From: Octopus vulgaris
Lineage: Eukaryota
Length of the DNA: 64,000 nucleotides
Assembly: GCA_951406725.2 (NCBI GenBank)
Contig: OX597822.1
Coordinates: forward strand, 13,206,001-13,270,000
Reading direction: 5' to 3'
The position numbers and the translations under genes were made by a program. This document shows, piece by piece, positions 25,946 through 40,018 of the stretch (position 1 is its first letter; each line of letters begins with the position of its first letter). The notes beneath the pieces are model-generated. The model had not been told where the DNA came from. It searched no databases and worked only from the letters and a program-made list of their open reading frames with translations.

Positions 25946-26071
25946 CTGGGGTTATATATATATATATATATATATATAAAGCCGAAACCGAGGTATGCAT
26001 TTAAGTCTGTTTTTTATATAAATTTTCATATGTCCTGCCCCAAATTTGGTTCTGGTGTTCGCTGCCCGGCT

Positions 26072-26983
26072 CTAGCATTCGGCGGCTCGTGCGTTCTATA
26101 GCACGCGCTGGACTACTGGTTTAAATTGATATTAAAAAATTAAATCTCCCTCATTATTTAAACTTGGTATTGCCCGGCTCTGCGCTCGTGCGTTCTAAGT
26201 TCTTGGATGAATTCAAAATTCAATTATTTTGATTTTAAAATCAAGCATTAAATGCCCTCTATTTTTGCGCTTATGTGTTCCATTTCCTCAACAGGAAGTA
26301 CGTAGAAGCGTTTCATAAATTTTTGTTGATCAAATAATTGCATTGTTGAATTATTTTTTTAGATCAGTATTTCTCAACGGGGATTTCAGGGGAGAGTTTC
26401 AGCGAGTCGCTGGCGATGTATCGTGATGTTCAAAAATCTGGTCTGCTAAAATTTGGTTAAAGTGATTCAAACTGCAGACTCAATGCAAAATGGTCGCATT
26501 TAATTCAAAGCGTTAAAAATATTATGAAAACAATTGGTATGTGTTCACAAAGTCCAAACGATTAATACGAAAAAACCCTCCAGGCTACATCCTGAAAATT
26601 CATTTCTTTGCCGAATTTCTACAATGTTTACGGCGATTCGTTTTTATATCTTGATTTTTATATTTTTCATGCAATTTATGCATGTTTGCACGCGTGGTGA
26701 ACACAGTTCACGTCAAACAGTTGACTGAGTAAAGTTCACTATTCAATGCATGGTATAAGGCCTAAACAAACACATTATCGATTTTTGCACTTGTGAGATG
26801 AATTTCGGAACAGAAATAGCGCAGTTCAATTTTCATTTGCCTAAACTTTAAGTGACCCATTTTTGGTGGTTCTATGATTTGTTGGCAAGGAGGAGATGTA
26901 CCGGGAAGTTAAACACACCGACACACACACAGATACACACACAGACACACAAGTTGAGTTTTATATATATATATATATATAGA
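26072..26983 (-). mobile_element. Non-autonomous Helitron-like element
   Basis: Minus 5' end A|TCTATATA...AAAACTCAACTTGTGTGTC. 3' hairpin CGTGC(tatagaac)GCACG followed 13 nt later by CTAG (26072-26075). Confidence 0.5.
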
Positions 26984-27017
26984 TAGATAGATATATAGGT
27001 ATATAGATAGATAGAAA

Positions 27018-27135
27018 TTCTTTTACTTGTTTCAATCATTTTATTGTGGCTATGCTGGAGCACCGCCTTTATTCGAGCAATTGGACACCAGAGCTTATTC
27101 TTTGTAAGCCTAATACTTATTCTATCGGTTTCTCT
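27018..27135 (-). mobile_element. OR2-like SINE 3' fragment
   Basis: Similar to 39850-39975. Confidence 0.8.
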
Positions 27136-27169
27136 TGTGTGATAGTGAGTGATAGGTGTGTGATAGTGA

Positions 27170-27655
27170 GTGAGTCAGCGAGCAACGAACTGTGGAGACA
27201 TTACAGAGAGTTTATGGCAGGAATGGATGGTCCTGCGTACTATAATGGAAGGCCTCCTGTTGTGGAGTATACAAGGCTGGAAAATTTCAAGAGAAGGGTA
27301 ATAAATTTGGAACAAACATTTTGGTGGAAAAATGTGAACTATTTCTGTTAAGAAGAAAATTGTGAATTTTTGTTCGGGTATGTGTTGTGAAAAAGAGAAT
27401 GAGGAAAAAAAAACGAGGAAAAACGGTCGAGAATGTGTTGTAACCACTCGACTTCGGGGTTCGAGTGGGCATTCCACATCATTGTATCATCTTTTTCATA
27501 ATTCATTCGTTTCTTTTGGTTTTCCTTTTTTTACTCAAATACATATTTTTATTTTTAGTTCCCCGATTTATGTTGTGTCTCGTTGTGTATTGTGTGTGTG
27601 TGTTGTATTTGTCTTAAAGATTTCGATGTACACCTGTTAATAGGTAATAAAAAAA
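27170..27655 (+). mobile_element. Probable 3' end of a polyadenylated retroposon
   Basis: Short reading frame ending 27351, 8-bp hairpin at 27444-27468, T-rich tail and terminal aataaaaaaa. Confidence 0.3.
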
Positions 27656-27789
27656 CTGAAAATATTTTGGAAAATTAAATTTAAATGTTGAAGTGAATCT
27701 AACAGTTTTTGTGTGCTTTTAAATGATTTATAAACACCTTCCACGCCGTGGTAAGTAGGTTGGTTTACCAACCACATGGCCCTGGGTTC

Positions 27790-27905
27790 AACGGGAAATA
27801 AGAGTCTTGCTCAAGAACACAACACGCATTCCGGTCCAAGATTCGAGCTCACAACCTCACGATCGTAAGCTCGACACTCTAACCACTCAGCCATGCGCCT
27901 TCACT
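27790..27905 (-). mobile_element. tRNA-derived SINE head
   Basis: Minus aggcgcatggctgagtggttagagtgtcgagcttacgatcgtgaggttgtgagctcgaatc..ttcttgagcaagac. Confidence 0.75.
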
Positions 27906-27909
27906 CACT

Positions 27910-27974
<65 letters not shown>

Positions 27975-28001
27975 ATAATAATATATATATATGTATGTAT
28001 A

Positions 28002-28067
<66 letters not shown>

Positions 28068-28949
28068 ATAACAATAATAATAATAATAATAATAAGTGTT
28101 GTTGTTGTTGGTTGTATAAAAATAATATTTTTCATCAACAACAGCAACAACAACAGCGATAAAGTTTTAGAGTTATGGACAAAGTAAAACGTATTCTGTA
28201 ATATTGTAATGGCCTGAAATTTAAAAGCAATTTCAAATATGTAGCAGAGTTAAGAAATATGAAATTTTGGTATTTACAATTGTCAATGCAAAATATCCAT
28301 TATTAACAGTGGTGAAATAAAAATATACAGAAATAATAGAACTTGGCTAAATCTCTTAATGGATATCCATTTACTTACGGCTAGAGTAGAAGAGAAATGC
28401 TTAAAACAAACGCATGAGAAAGGAATACCTATTTTGAAAATGTATCATGTTTTAATCAATAGCAAGAAATTTATTAAGTATTCTTGTGTTGGCTGCCGCC
28501 ATATTTATACATCCAGACATTGATGAAATTATATGTATTCGTTTAAAAGCTGTTGGATCATTTCGTTGTTGTTGCAAGTTCTACGAGTTTGCTGTGTTTG
28601 TATAGATAAAAAGAGGAATACGAATAACTTTGTTACCTGAAACAAACTCAAAACAAACAGACAAACAAACGGTGAGATTTAAACGAAAAAATTATCTCAT
28701 CTCCATCTATTGAATAAGTTTTACGTCTGTACTCTCAGGTACATACGCACGCACACAAACACGCGCGCGCGCAAACAAACGCACAGAGCTATATCTATAT
28801 CGGCCCAAAGATCGCTTTGTTTTCAGTTCAGTCCCACAGTACGGTACACATGCACGGGGTACAATGCATCGGGTGTCGAAGTAACAGCAGAATGACATGC
28901 CATGAAGTGCTTTGCTCTTGAACTCAACGCACCACCCGATGTAGGAATT

Positions 28950-29372
28950 AAATCACCTCGGGCATATCGGCGAAATGGCACTACCGTGCCTCGACAACCT
29001 GTCTCGAACAAGTAAAGCCGATCGATGGCACAACCAGGCCAGGGATTTCTGGTAATCCTCCAGATTTCTGGTAATCCTCCAGATACCCCAGCCCGAAAGT
29101 CCTCCCGAACAGTTTGACCAACTCATTTCTTTTGAAGCCCAGAGTCTCCCCCAGGACATCGTCGGACATGTATTCCACTAACTCATTATAAAAATCTGCA
29201 GAGGAAATCCAATTGCCAGCATTGCCCGCCCGAGAGAGAAGTCCGAGTGCCTGTCGACACTCCAATTGCCACTCACCCAGCCTAGGTCTTCGCCTGATCC
29301 ATGGACCTAAATCCCGAAGAGAGGTTAACTGGGAGGAAGATCTTCACAATCAGTGACCACACCTGCTCACCA
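28950..29372 (-). mobile_element. L1/Tx1-like LINE ORF2 fragment (zf-RVT)
   Basis: ECRQAL...FGRTFG..LEDYQKSLAWLCHRSALLVRDRLSRHGSAISPICPR, with an internal 19-bp duplication (29064-29101 region). Confidence 0.8.
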
Positions 29373-29374
29373 TC

Positions 29375-30043
29375 CATTGTGTCTTGTTATTCATTAATTA
29401 TCCTTTGGTATTCTTCCGCCACTGTTTGTAAAGTTAATTTAGTAACTTGCAGTAATTTTCTTAATATTTGAGCTCGTATTTCCCCATCTTTATTTGCATT
29501 TAATCATTTTACGAAGATTAAGCATTTGAACATGTCTGTAGTCGACTCGCTTAGCTTGAGTTTTTCACATTCTTTGTTTACGATACCTGCCTACGTAACA
29601 AAGTCATCTATTTCATTCTATCTCAAATTCAAGCATTCCCAGCGAATGTTAAATAATGAACTCCTTTCGCTGAATATCTTCGCTAATAGGTTAATTATTT
29701 TCTCGAAACAAATTTCTGGCGGTTTCTTTGGAAAGATAAAATTACAATATTTTTCGTGTTCTGCCGGTGCTAGTTTTCGTAAAAGAAGCCCTACCTTCTT
29801 TTCATTTGTCCAACTTTTACATTCTTCCTCAAATATTTCCTCATACCTTCTTCAGGATTGTAAACAAATTCCTCAATCGAATTAGCAACTCCATCTGCCG
29901 AAAACGAGCCTGACGTGTCCTTCAACTGCCGCACTAATTGTAACAACTGCTGAGATTGCTGTTGTTGTTGTTGCTGCTGCTTCTGTTGTTCTTCATGCTT
30001 CTGTAGAAGTAGCTGTTGCAACTGTTGTTGTTGCTGTACCACG
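29375..30043 (-). pseudogene. Ty3/gypsy (Mag/K02A2.6-like) gag remnant
   Basis: Q-rich N-terminus, FSADGVANSIEEFVYNPEEG, then after a frameshift YEEIFEEECKSWTNEKKVGLLLRKLAPAEHEKYCNFIFPKKP..IFSERSSLFNIRWECLNL..FKCLIFV. Confidence 0.8.
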
Positions 30044-30044
30044 G

Positions 30045-30286
30045 AGCATAGCCCGGCGTTGCCCGAGTATGTAAGAAACTTTGTCGATCAGCATCTCTGG
30101 ATGTCCGAATAGTTCGTTGGTCTGGAGTTTCGGCAGATCTAACCATGGCTGTGTTTGCGGCGTTAGCAGCTTGGCGAGCTCCCCTCTGTTGAAGTGTTTC
30201 GGCAGATCGAGCCGGGGCTGTGTTTGCAGCGTCAGCAGCTTGGCGAGCTCTCTTCTGTTGAGGTGTTTCGGCAGATCGGGCCATGG
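30045..30286 (-). mobile_element. 242-bp duplicate of the Helitron 3' segment 31141-31382, lacking the terminal CTAG
   Basis: Offset 1096 bp; one mismatch seen. Confidence 0.9.
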
Positions 30287-30539
30287 TTCTTCCATGATAA
30301 GAATTTGAACGCCTCACTATGATGAATAGGGCTGATTTATATTATTTTTCGCTGTGCGAAATTCGTAACCTCGCCCCCACGCTTGTGAGGTTCGAGAAAA
30401 TTAGAGCCTTTTTCACCACTTTCGCGTGTAGTTTGAATCCTTATCCCCACTGTTATGATGTCTTAATTTAGTTGTGGACTTATTGTATATTCATTCACCA
30501 AAACAAAATATAAAATGGTTAAACACCCTTGGAAATGTT

Positions 30540-30750
30540 TCAAGTGCGAAAGCTTCTACTTCCATAACAAATGCTTCTGCGTATTACCGTAAAATTACAG
30601 GGAGCGAAAAAAAGAGCGTATTTTAAGCAAACAACTCTAGACTTGTTTTTTAGAAAGAAACCTACAAGACCGTCTACGGGTGCCTGTGAATTGGCGATTG
30701 TGTCTACAAGTGATGATGTGCGCGATTCTAGTGCGAGCGATTAACATTTT
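30540..30750 (+). mobile_element. pogo/Tigger transposase C-terminal remnant
   Basis: NASAYYRKI..KKRAYFKQTTLDLFFRK resembles the Tigger tail CYREI...KK..QTTLDxFF. Confidence 0.45.
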
Positions 30751-30958
30751 AAGGCCTTGCATGAAATTTTTGTCTATTTTTTAGACAAATATTAACCTGA
30801 CGAGACTCATATGCATAAATATCATTTTTTTCTATAAATTAACTAGTGGATATGAATCGAAACAAATTGTAGGATATATATTTGTTTTAATTATTAGTAT
30901 AACTAATATTATAATGTTAATTATTTTATATATCAATTGTATTGTATTTCCTTTAATC

Positions 30959-31073
<115 letters not shown>

Positions 31074-31135
31074 TATATATATGGAGAGACCGAGAGATAT
31101 TCATATGTATATATACATACATATATATATATATA

Positions 31136-31790
31136 CTAGCAGCATAGCCCGGCGTTGCCCGAGTATGTAAGAAACTTTGTCGATCAGCATCTCTGGATGT
31201 CCGAATAGTTTGTTGGTCTGGAGTTTCGGCAGATCTAACCATGGCTGTGTTTGCGGCGTTAGCAGCTTGGCGAGCTCCCCTCTGTTGAAGTGTTTCGGCA
31301 GATCGAGCCGGGGCTGTGTTTGCAGCGTCAGCAGCTTGGCGAGCTCTCTTCTGTTGAGGTGTTTCGGCAGATCGGGCCATGGCTGTTTTTGCGGCGTCAG
31401 CAGCTTGGCGAGTTCTTCTCTGCTGTGGGGTTTCGACAGATCGTGTCATGGCGGTGCTAGCGGCGTTAGTCACATTCCGAATGGCCCTTTGTTCGGGGTT
31501 CTCATGAGCTCTGCGGATGGAAGCACAGGAAGAAGCCTGCATGTTTTGGCTGGACTGTTGCTCTTTCGTCAACCTCGAACGGAGGGAAGATCTGTACGCT
31601 GCGGCCCTCGTAAATCGGGTAGAACGGTCACTAGTAGTTTCAGATGCCTGAGCAGCGGCAGAACGGGAAGCTTTTTGCAAGGCGGTTTCCTCGTGGGGCT
31701 CGCGTGCCCTTCTAGCCCTAGCAGCCGATGCCTTGGCCGTCCGAGGGCTGAGGATACTCTACCCGGATTACTAGTTCAAGTTTACACCTG
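31136..31790 (-). mobile_element. Internally deleted Helitron: STPR-repeat N-terminal coding region fused to the 3' hairpin and CTAG
   Basis: 23-aa repeats such as [23 protein letters not shown] (69-bp units). Minus 3' end ctcgggcaacgccgggctatgctgCTAG|T. Confidence 0.8.
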
Positions 31791-33270
31791 TAAGTAATGG
31801 GGCAATGGAATATGTAACACACTGCCTAAGTACCAGCCTTGAGAAATTAATCTACTTAAAACTAGAAAGGAGAAATCTGATCCAAAGACTACAGATCCAA
31901 TCCATCAGTGGAATTTTAAAAATGTGTATATATGCGCATGTCTAGACATGCCAGTATATGTATGAGAATACATAAAAACCAAACATACACATTTGCACAA
32001 GCGCTGACTGAAAATTCTGCGCATATACATACATGCAAAAATACCCCGTTGGTGTTGGAAAAATTCCAATGAAGATGACTTATCTAGTTTGGAAACCGGA
32101 TCTTTCTCAATTGTTAAGAAACATTGAAATAAAATTGTATTATGAAATTCATGCATACATATGTAGGCATATATTAAAATATAGCGAATATAGATAGACA
32201 GCTTGATAGCAACTTGCGTATATTTTAGAGTCATTATATATTTCAAATATATATGAAAAGGATGGTATACTGTATTAAATATACATGAGTTATTCTTATT
32301 CCTAAAAGAATTTCAATATCAAAGAACTTACTAATAGTTACATAATAATGATGTTTTATATATAAATATATACATATACCTTTAAAGGCATTTTTTGATA
32401 TGCTGGCCATTGATAAATTTTTTTCCCGAAACAAATTTTATCTTATATCAATTATAAATATATACATATATACATCACTTCTCAGCAGATACAATATTAC
32501 GCAATTACTATCAATATATCTGTTGATACTGAACGCATGTTTGTGTGAGTGTGTATGTACTTATATACAGATGTTTACGTTTCATACAATAAAATTGATC
32601 CGATGTAATCCACGTTGGTAATCCAGCGGGTAAATCGGTGTAAATACAAACATTTCTGTTCGCGTGTTGTGGGTGTTGTGGCGATGTATAAATCGAAATA
32701 TAGAATAACAACACGGACTACGAATAACTACGACAATAATTCGACGTTGAATGAGTTGAAGAAATGTTTGACGTTTTCGAAATATGTGTCCTTCTTTGAA
32801 AAGAAAAGGAGAGAAAGAAACGTGTGGATGATATAAAGCAGAGACAAAAATCAGAGTCAAATTAATCCACATGTGTTTACGAGACTGCCAGAACTTCAGC
32901 CCACTGGATTTGCAGTCGATTTACTATAGCTTAAGCGAGACATTGACAGAACAATTCTCTGTAGTTTAGAGAGTCCATGAAGACAAAGGTCATTACCTTC
33001 ACATCCAGACTAAACCAATTTCAAAGTGCTTCTTTACACACACACACACACACACACATTATATCACGATATGTGAGCAATAGCATCGTTGAGTTTCCAA
33101 GTGGCCAACCCTCCTTCACTGCATTTCTAATGGAAAAACTGATAAGGAAGTGTTCCGTTGGAAGACACACATACATTCTATATAAAATAGGCGTTCGTCA
33201 ATACACAAACATGCACCAAACACATATTTACATACAAAGAAAAATGGGGACAAGTATGGATAGAGAGATG

Positions 33271-33365
<95 letters not shown>

Positions 33366-33373
33366 GTGTGTGT

Positions 33374-33465
<92 letters not shown>

Positions 33466-33528
33466 TACCTTAAATGTTCTGAAGTAAACATTCTTTCAAG
33501 GGAATACCACCAATATATATATAATTGA

Positions 33529-33579
<51 letters not shown>

Positions 33580-33587
33580 GACATGAT

Positions 33588-33830
33588 GGACTCACTCGTC
33601 GAAGATGACGTATGAGTGTTCAGCGTTTGCCGAACGATCTGAACAAATGATTCGTTTATAAGGATGTTCGTGCCGCATATTAGCTCAGTCTCTCCATCAA
33701 ATTGATGTTGTCATGTATATATAGCAAGGGCAGAGTATTTCATTTTGCAATCATACTATACTCCCAGGTATATTAACGGTTCACAAGACAATATTGAGCC
33801 TTACTTTTGTGTTAGCAGTGCGTTGCTTTA
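33588..33830 (-). mobile_element. Diverged SINE of the family at 43330-43635
   Basis: Shared gcatattagctca.tctctccatca block. Confidence 0.5.
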
Positions 33831-34172
33831 CAGATTTTCTATAGAAATCAGAGCCACAACTAAAAGTTGCGACATTTCGTAAATGAATATGTTTATGAAA
33901 GCAATGCTCACGAAGATAGAAAAATAGGTAAAAGATGTATATGGATATTTCAAGTGTTGTTGCCCTTTCGTCAGTACTATGTTCAAAATATCATATAACC
34001 TTGAACACATTGCTTAAATAGCAACAAAGTTTAGTGGTGTAGCACAACTGGATGGACCAATTTACATATTAAACATATTGCTGGTAGCTGGCATGTGAAT
34101 ATTAATTACTGACTACAACATAATATTTCGTTTCGCAACCGTAATATACTACCATGTACATTAACAGTTTAT

Positions 34173-34217
<45 letters not shown>

Positions 34218-34221
34218 TATA

Positions 34222-34535
34222 ATATTATGAATGTTAAATGGAACGACTATGTGACCGTTGTCTTCGTTTTGGAGAGAACAAAAAGCGGCAGCATCAAGGC
34301 TACTATTCTGAAACATCGTCTGAGATGGGTGGACCACGTAGCAAGATGGAAAGAAAGTGGATGTCCACTCCGTCGATACAAGAATCAGCTGAAGCAAAGT
34401 CTAAAACTGACTGGAATCGATCCCAAAGCCTGGGACATTGAAGTTCAAGACAGGCCCGGCTGGCATCATACCATCTCCACTGTGACAAATCATTTTGAAG
34501 CTGAACGATAGAGGGAAGAGGAAAATGACAAGAAT
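34222..34535 (+). mobile_element. RTE (BovB-like) LINE 3' fragment
   Basis: NVKWNDYV..VLERTKSGSIKATILKHRLRWVDHVAR..G.PLRRYKNQLKQSLK..GIDP..W...QDR..W..FE. Confidence 0.85.
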
Positions 34536-35279
34536 ATGCTTTTGGTTCGGGTGGGGTGGAGGTTATTTTCTTGTCCACATCTCACAGTCATCAAGTCTCT
34601 CTAAAGGCATATGGCTATTAACTTAAGCTGGATAAACAATTATATGATAATCGCGGTGCAAAGATAAACTGACACACTTTGTGTTATGACGATCGTTCCA
34701 GCTGATCCGATCAACGAAGAACTTGCTCGTGAAGCATACACGTGTAACTGTCTGAGTACTCCACAGCCATACATATCTTTAACACAGTTTTCGGGAAGAT
34801 TCAACATAATACAAAATAAGATAAGGGTGGCCCTATTGCGGATTTTTCTGGCTAATATAAGTAAATTTATATCGCGGACTCCTCAGTAAATCGCGGCTTT
34901 CTGCGACCGATAGGTTTTTATATTTGTTAGACTTTAATTATTCCTGTGGGAGGTTTTGGAACGTAACACCTGCGATAGTCGAGGAATTACTCTGTATATA
35001 TATATATATATATATACATAAGTACGATTGTCATGCAGAAATTTTCTCCGTGACAAAATACAGTGAATCTCATACTGTTTGAATATGCTTCAAGCATATT
35101 TGACCTATTAAAACAAGTTTGTGTTTATACACATCACTGCTTAGTGTTGTCAACACGTATATATATATATAACAAAATTTAAATATGTTCAGACGCAGAC
35201 ACACAAACACAGATAATCATATACACACATACATATATACATGTGTACGTATATGTGTGTGAGTGAGTGTGTGGAAAGG

Positions 35280-36090
35280 AATTATATGGAGCCTCTTATT
35301 GAAGTAAATTAATAAAACGTTAAAAATACCTTTTGGACACAGACAACAAATATAATCAGATAAAGGTAGGAGTGTTAAAGCAGCAAATCTGTACAAATGT
35401 AACAAGAATAAGATACGAAATCTAAAGATACAAGCATTAAGATACGGAATCTAACGAAAGAAATATACAGATAGACTTTGCTCCGGAGATCAACCTGTTT
35501 ATGAAACTCATAAACAATATAACCTATTTTACTATATATCACAAGATATTGTGATTGTGAAAGAAACAATATTGAAAGACACTGACTTCCGAAAATGTCT
35601 TTCTGGGGGACTTAACAAATTTGCATTTAGATGAAGAATTTATGATAAATTTATACAAGTACGAATGTGCAGCCTCACAGATAGACACTAAAATAGGAAA
35701 AGATAAGTTAACGGCAACAAATACAACCAGATCGCTTATGATTCTACTGTAATCATATATATTTTGATAGAAAAGCCGAACGAATATGAAAGCCCAAAAG
35801 GTTTGAAAGAGAGGGACACAAAGAAAATTATAAGACTGAATGCAGAAAAAGGTAATATATCTTTTATCTTGCCTCAGATTGAAAGAATAATTAGGAATAC
35901 AAAATATATGCAGATTCAAATAATTCGGAGCATATAAAGTAGTAACGGAGAACGTTACGGAAATGCAGGAATATCATTAACAAGACTATGAAGAACGAAC
36001 ATTGAAATGAAATATCTAGAAAACAAGTTTGACATACGAGGGAAAATAAAATAGAGTTGGGGGTAATATCAGCAAAGACGCAAAAGAGAA
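35280..36090 (+). mobile_element. Possible ancient LINE (APE region) remnant
   Basis: A-rich strand with NVFLGDL (GDFN-like) at about 35594-35615; heavily decayed. Confidence 0.25.
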
Positions 36091-36375
36091 ATATATATAT
36101 ATATATATATATACACTCGCACACAGATACACACATCATATATATATATATATATATCAATCAAGGAAAGAGCTTGATGTAAAAAATCTATGTAGAAGCA
36201 AAATATGCAATGACCAAATAATCAAAGTAAGTTATGTCAAAACTATTGTAAGCTTCAAATCTTTGTACATAAGTTTAGTGAATCAGCATAAATAAAATAT
36301 TTGGTGAAATAATGATATACTCAAATGATAACGGCATAAACTGGGTATAATGGCTCTTCTGAATTCTGACGTGCT

Positions 36376-36419
<44 letters not shown>

Positions 36420-36421
<2 letters not shown>

Positions 36422-36690
36422 ATAAAAATTTTCGAAAAATTTTTTATCAATGGCCAGCATATTAAAAAAATACCTTTAAAGGTTAAGTTTTATAAACAAC
36501 TTATCAACTTATAAACAAGGGCAAAAGAAAAAATTCCAATGCCAAATATGCCGAAAATAGACTTAATCGTCAATAACCATATAATTTATCACTATAGGCA
36601 CGCGTCTCAAAATCAAGCCGATAGTAATTTCTAAAAAAATGTCGTTATTATCGCATTGGTCCCAATTTCTGAGTTAATTCCTTTAGAATT
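36420..36690. repeat. Dispersed AT-rich repeat, also at about 32370-32445 and 43665-43745 (inverse); probably Penelope terminal pieces
   Basis: Shared ttcgaaaaa..tatcaatggccagcata..aaaaatacctttaaagg next to (TA)n. Confidence 0.6.
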
Positions 36691-37441
36691 TTCTCGTCAG
36701 CAACGATAAATACGATAAGAAAATAAATGAGATACTTACTTGTACCCATGGAAGAAGTAAATACCTTTTGGGATCTGCCTTTCTGCCTCCATCGCTCTGG
36801 TGGTACTCATTATGTAACAATTCTATTGGGTGTACATCTTTGCGAGAGTCGGAAAGAATGACCTGCAAGTTTCACTCTTCCTTCCACCACAGCTCCTGCT
36901 GGCTGATCAGATCGGCTGCTCACAGGACTGCAAAATTTGTGATTCTTTCTTTGTCGGTGACCTTGAGTAGTCTTCACATAAATATTGTATTTCTTTAATG
37001 TGTAAGCATGTTTCACGCAATATTATTGCATTCAAGCAATTCAGAATATGATACAATTAGATCCAGTTATTTCTTTCAGTACCTTAAATGTTACACAGAC
37101 AATGGAACTCTAAAGTTTTTTCAAAATTCCATCGGTGATAACACGAAACAAGAAGGTTTTAATTTGGTTAATAAGCAAATACCAACTAAAAATTTAAAAT
37201 ATGAAACGTTTGGAAAAATAACACATCTTAAAATTATGTTTTGTAATCAGAATTTTATGTTATTAACACTATATACACAAACACCAACACACTCACACAA
37301 ACACACACTAGCACAATACAAACATGCACATGTATTTGTGCGCATGTGTGTGTGTTTCGAGTGTTTGTGCTTGTGTGTGTGTCTGTATATAAGTTTGTAT
37401 ACGTATGTGCGGTGGCAAATGAACCAAGTGGTTATGCCTGT

Positions 37442-37494
<53 letters not shown>

Positions 37495-37529
37495 GATAGG
37501 GAGACAGACAGACAGGCAGACAGACCGAC

Positions 37530-37648
<119 letters not shown>

Positions 37649-38626
37649 AGAAAAATTAACTATAATAAGGTGTAACATCTAAAAAAAAATAAGTATTCCT
37701 GCAAAATTAACAACAGGAGTAACGTGTATATAAATTAGAAAACGAATTTCAGCGTAATAGATGAGGCACCAACATTTTCGCGAGTGAGAATTGCATCAGT
37801 TTCTAACACTTTGTCAATAGTTCACGTAAGAGCAGAGAAGCAATAAACTGTCTGTGAAAACTATCGGTGTTTTTTTCATAGAAAGAATTTAAGTCGAATT
37901 TATCATTGAAGTTAATGGCATTTTAAATATCATCAGATACCGGAAGCTGCTGATGGTATATTGAACAATTTTGAACAAAAAATAGCTTCTTGGATGTGAT
38001 AATAATTGTTTATAAATTAGCTATTTTCTGTTTTTCTTCGTGAGTGCCTACGTAATGTGTTTGTGTGTGTGTGTATGCACGTGCATACGCATGAGCGAGT
38101 ATGTGTGTATGTATTTGTTTCTAAGTGTCTCTTTGTTTCCATTTTTTGCGCTTGTGCATGTAATCTTTTCTAAAAATTTGCTGACGTTATATGTATACAT
38201 ATGTGTGTGTATGTATATGTATATATATATGTGTGTATAAATATATATATATATATATAATTAAACCTTTTGGATTAACTGGTGCTAGAGTGAGCAATAT
38301 AGTGACCACTCTCTTATATTTATTTTGTAAAAATATTATAATATGTTATAAAATATTATAATAATCCAGGTTTCTCGAAGCACTAGGCCACTTGGTGTTG
38401 AATAAATATACTATTAAATTAGTATCTAATTCTCTCACCCTTATTAATTAATTATAATTATGCTGCATTTATTTCTAAATGCTGTATTTGTTTTCCGTGA
38501 AAGTTTGGCGCGCTGTTGGTTGGAGCATTTGAATTATAACGTCGGATGTAATCAATTGAACCACACGCGTATTTATCGTTATGGTAAAATCTGGCGTGTG
38601 ATTGAGTGGATTTCATCCAGATAGTC

Positions 38627-38707
38627 TTGGCTGACGAGCTACAAATGGATTTTTTTTTTGTAAGTAAAATTACATTTAATTCATTAATAGCGAAACAATT
38701 GTCCCAA
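38627..38707 (+). ncRNA. Type-I hammerhead ribozyme (copy 1), predicted cleavage after GUC at 38703
   Basis: TTGG-CTGACGA-GCTA(extended helix II)TAGC-GAAA-C(AATT)G-TC-CCAA. Confidence 0.9.
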
Positions 38708-39164
38708 AATAATCTGTATTTTTGTTATTTTTTATTTGCCCTGTCCGTGTGAGCTAACAATCGTACTGACTTTCATGGTAAGCATGTATTTTCGTGGTTG
38801 AAACCTTTTGGATTAACTGGTGCTAGAGTGAGCAATATAGTGACCACTCTCTTATATTTATTTTGTAAAAATATTATAATATGTTATAAAATATTATAAT
38901 AATCCAGGTTTCTCGAAGCACTAGGCCACTTGGTGTTGAATAAATATACTATTAAATTAGTATCTAATTCTCTCACCCTTATTAATTAATTATAATTATG
39001 CTGCATTTATTTCTAAATGCTGTATTTGTTTTCCGTGAAAGTTTGGCGCGCTGTTGGTTGGAGCATTTGAATTATAACGTCGGATGTAATCAATTGAACC
39101 ACACGCGTATTTATCGTTATGGTAAAATCTGGCGTGTGATTGAGTGGATTTCATCCAGATAGTC

Positions 39165-39244
39165 TTGGCTGACGAGCTACAAATGGATTTTTTTTTGTAA
39201 GTAAAATTACATTTAATTCATTAATAGCGAAACAATTGTCCCAA
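39165..39244 (+). ncRNA. Type-I hammerhead ribozyme (copy 2), predicted cleavage after GUC at 39240
   Basis: Same motif as copy 1. Confidence 0.9.
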
Positions 39245-39395
39245 AATAATCTGTATTTTTGTTATTTTTTATTTGCCCTGTCCGTGTGAGCTAACAATCG
39301 TACTGACTTTCATGGTAAGCATGTATTTTCGTGGTTGAAACCTTTTGGATTAACTGGTGCTAGAGTGAGCAATATAGTGACCACTCTCTTATATT

Positions 39396-39512
<117 letters not shown>

Positions 39513-39569
39513 TACATACATACATACAAATATACATATATATTTATAGATATAGAGATACCTTTATAT

Positions 39570-39975
39570 GAGCGTTGCTGTGTGGTAAGTAGCTTGCTAA
39601 CCAACCACATGGTTCCGGGTTCAGTCCCACTGCGTAGCATCTTGTGCAAGTGTCTTCTGCTATAGCCCCGGGCCGACCAATGCCTTGTGAGTGGATTTGG
39701 TAGACGGAAACTGAAAGAAGCCTGTCGTATATATGTATATATATATATGTGTTTGTGTGTATATGTTTGTGTGTCTGTGTTTGTCCCCCTAGCATTGCTT
39801 GACAACCGATGCTGGTGTGTTTACGTCCCCGTAACTTAGCGGTTCGGCAAAAGAGACCGATAGAATAAGTACTGGGCTTACAAAGAATAAGTCCCGGGGT
39901 CGATTTGCTCGACTAAAGGCGGTGCTCCAGCATGGCCGCAGTCAAATGACTGAAACAAGTAAAAGAGTAAAATAG
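39570..39975 (+). mobile_element. Near full-length OR2-like CORE-SINE
   Basis: tRNA-like head (gctgtgtggtaag...gggttcagtccc), CORE-like cttgtgcaagtgtcttct, internal (TA)/(TG) tract and a gtaaaaga tail repeat. Confidence 0.9.

Positions 39976-40018
<43 letters not shown>

Noticed and set aside
31220-31470. Regularly spaced repeats (tttcggcagatc, agcagcttggcgag) superficially like a CRISPR array
   Set aside because: They are 69-bp coding repeats (23-aa STPR-like) with similar 'spacers', in a eukaryotic context with no cas genes.
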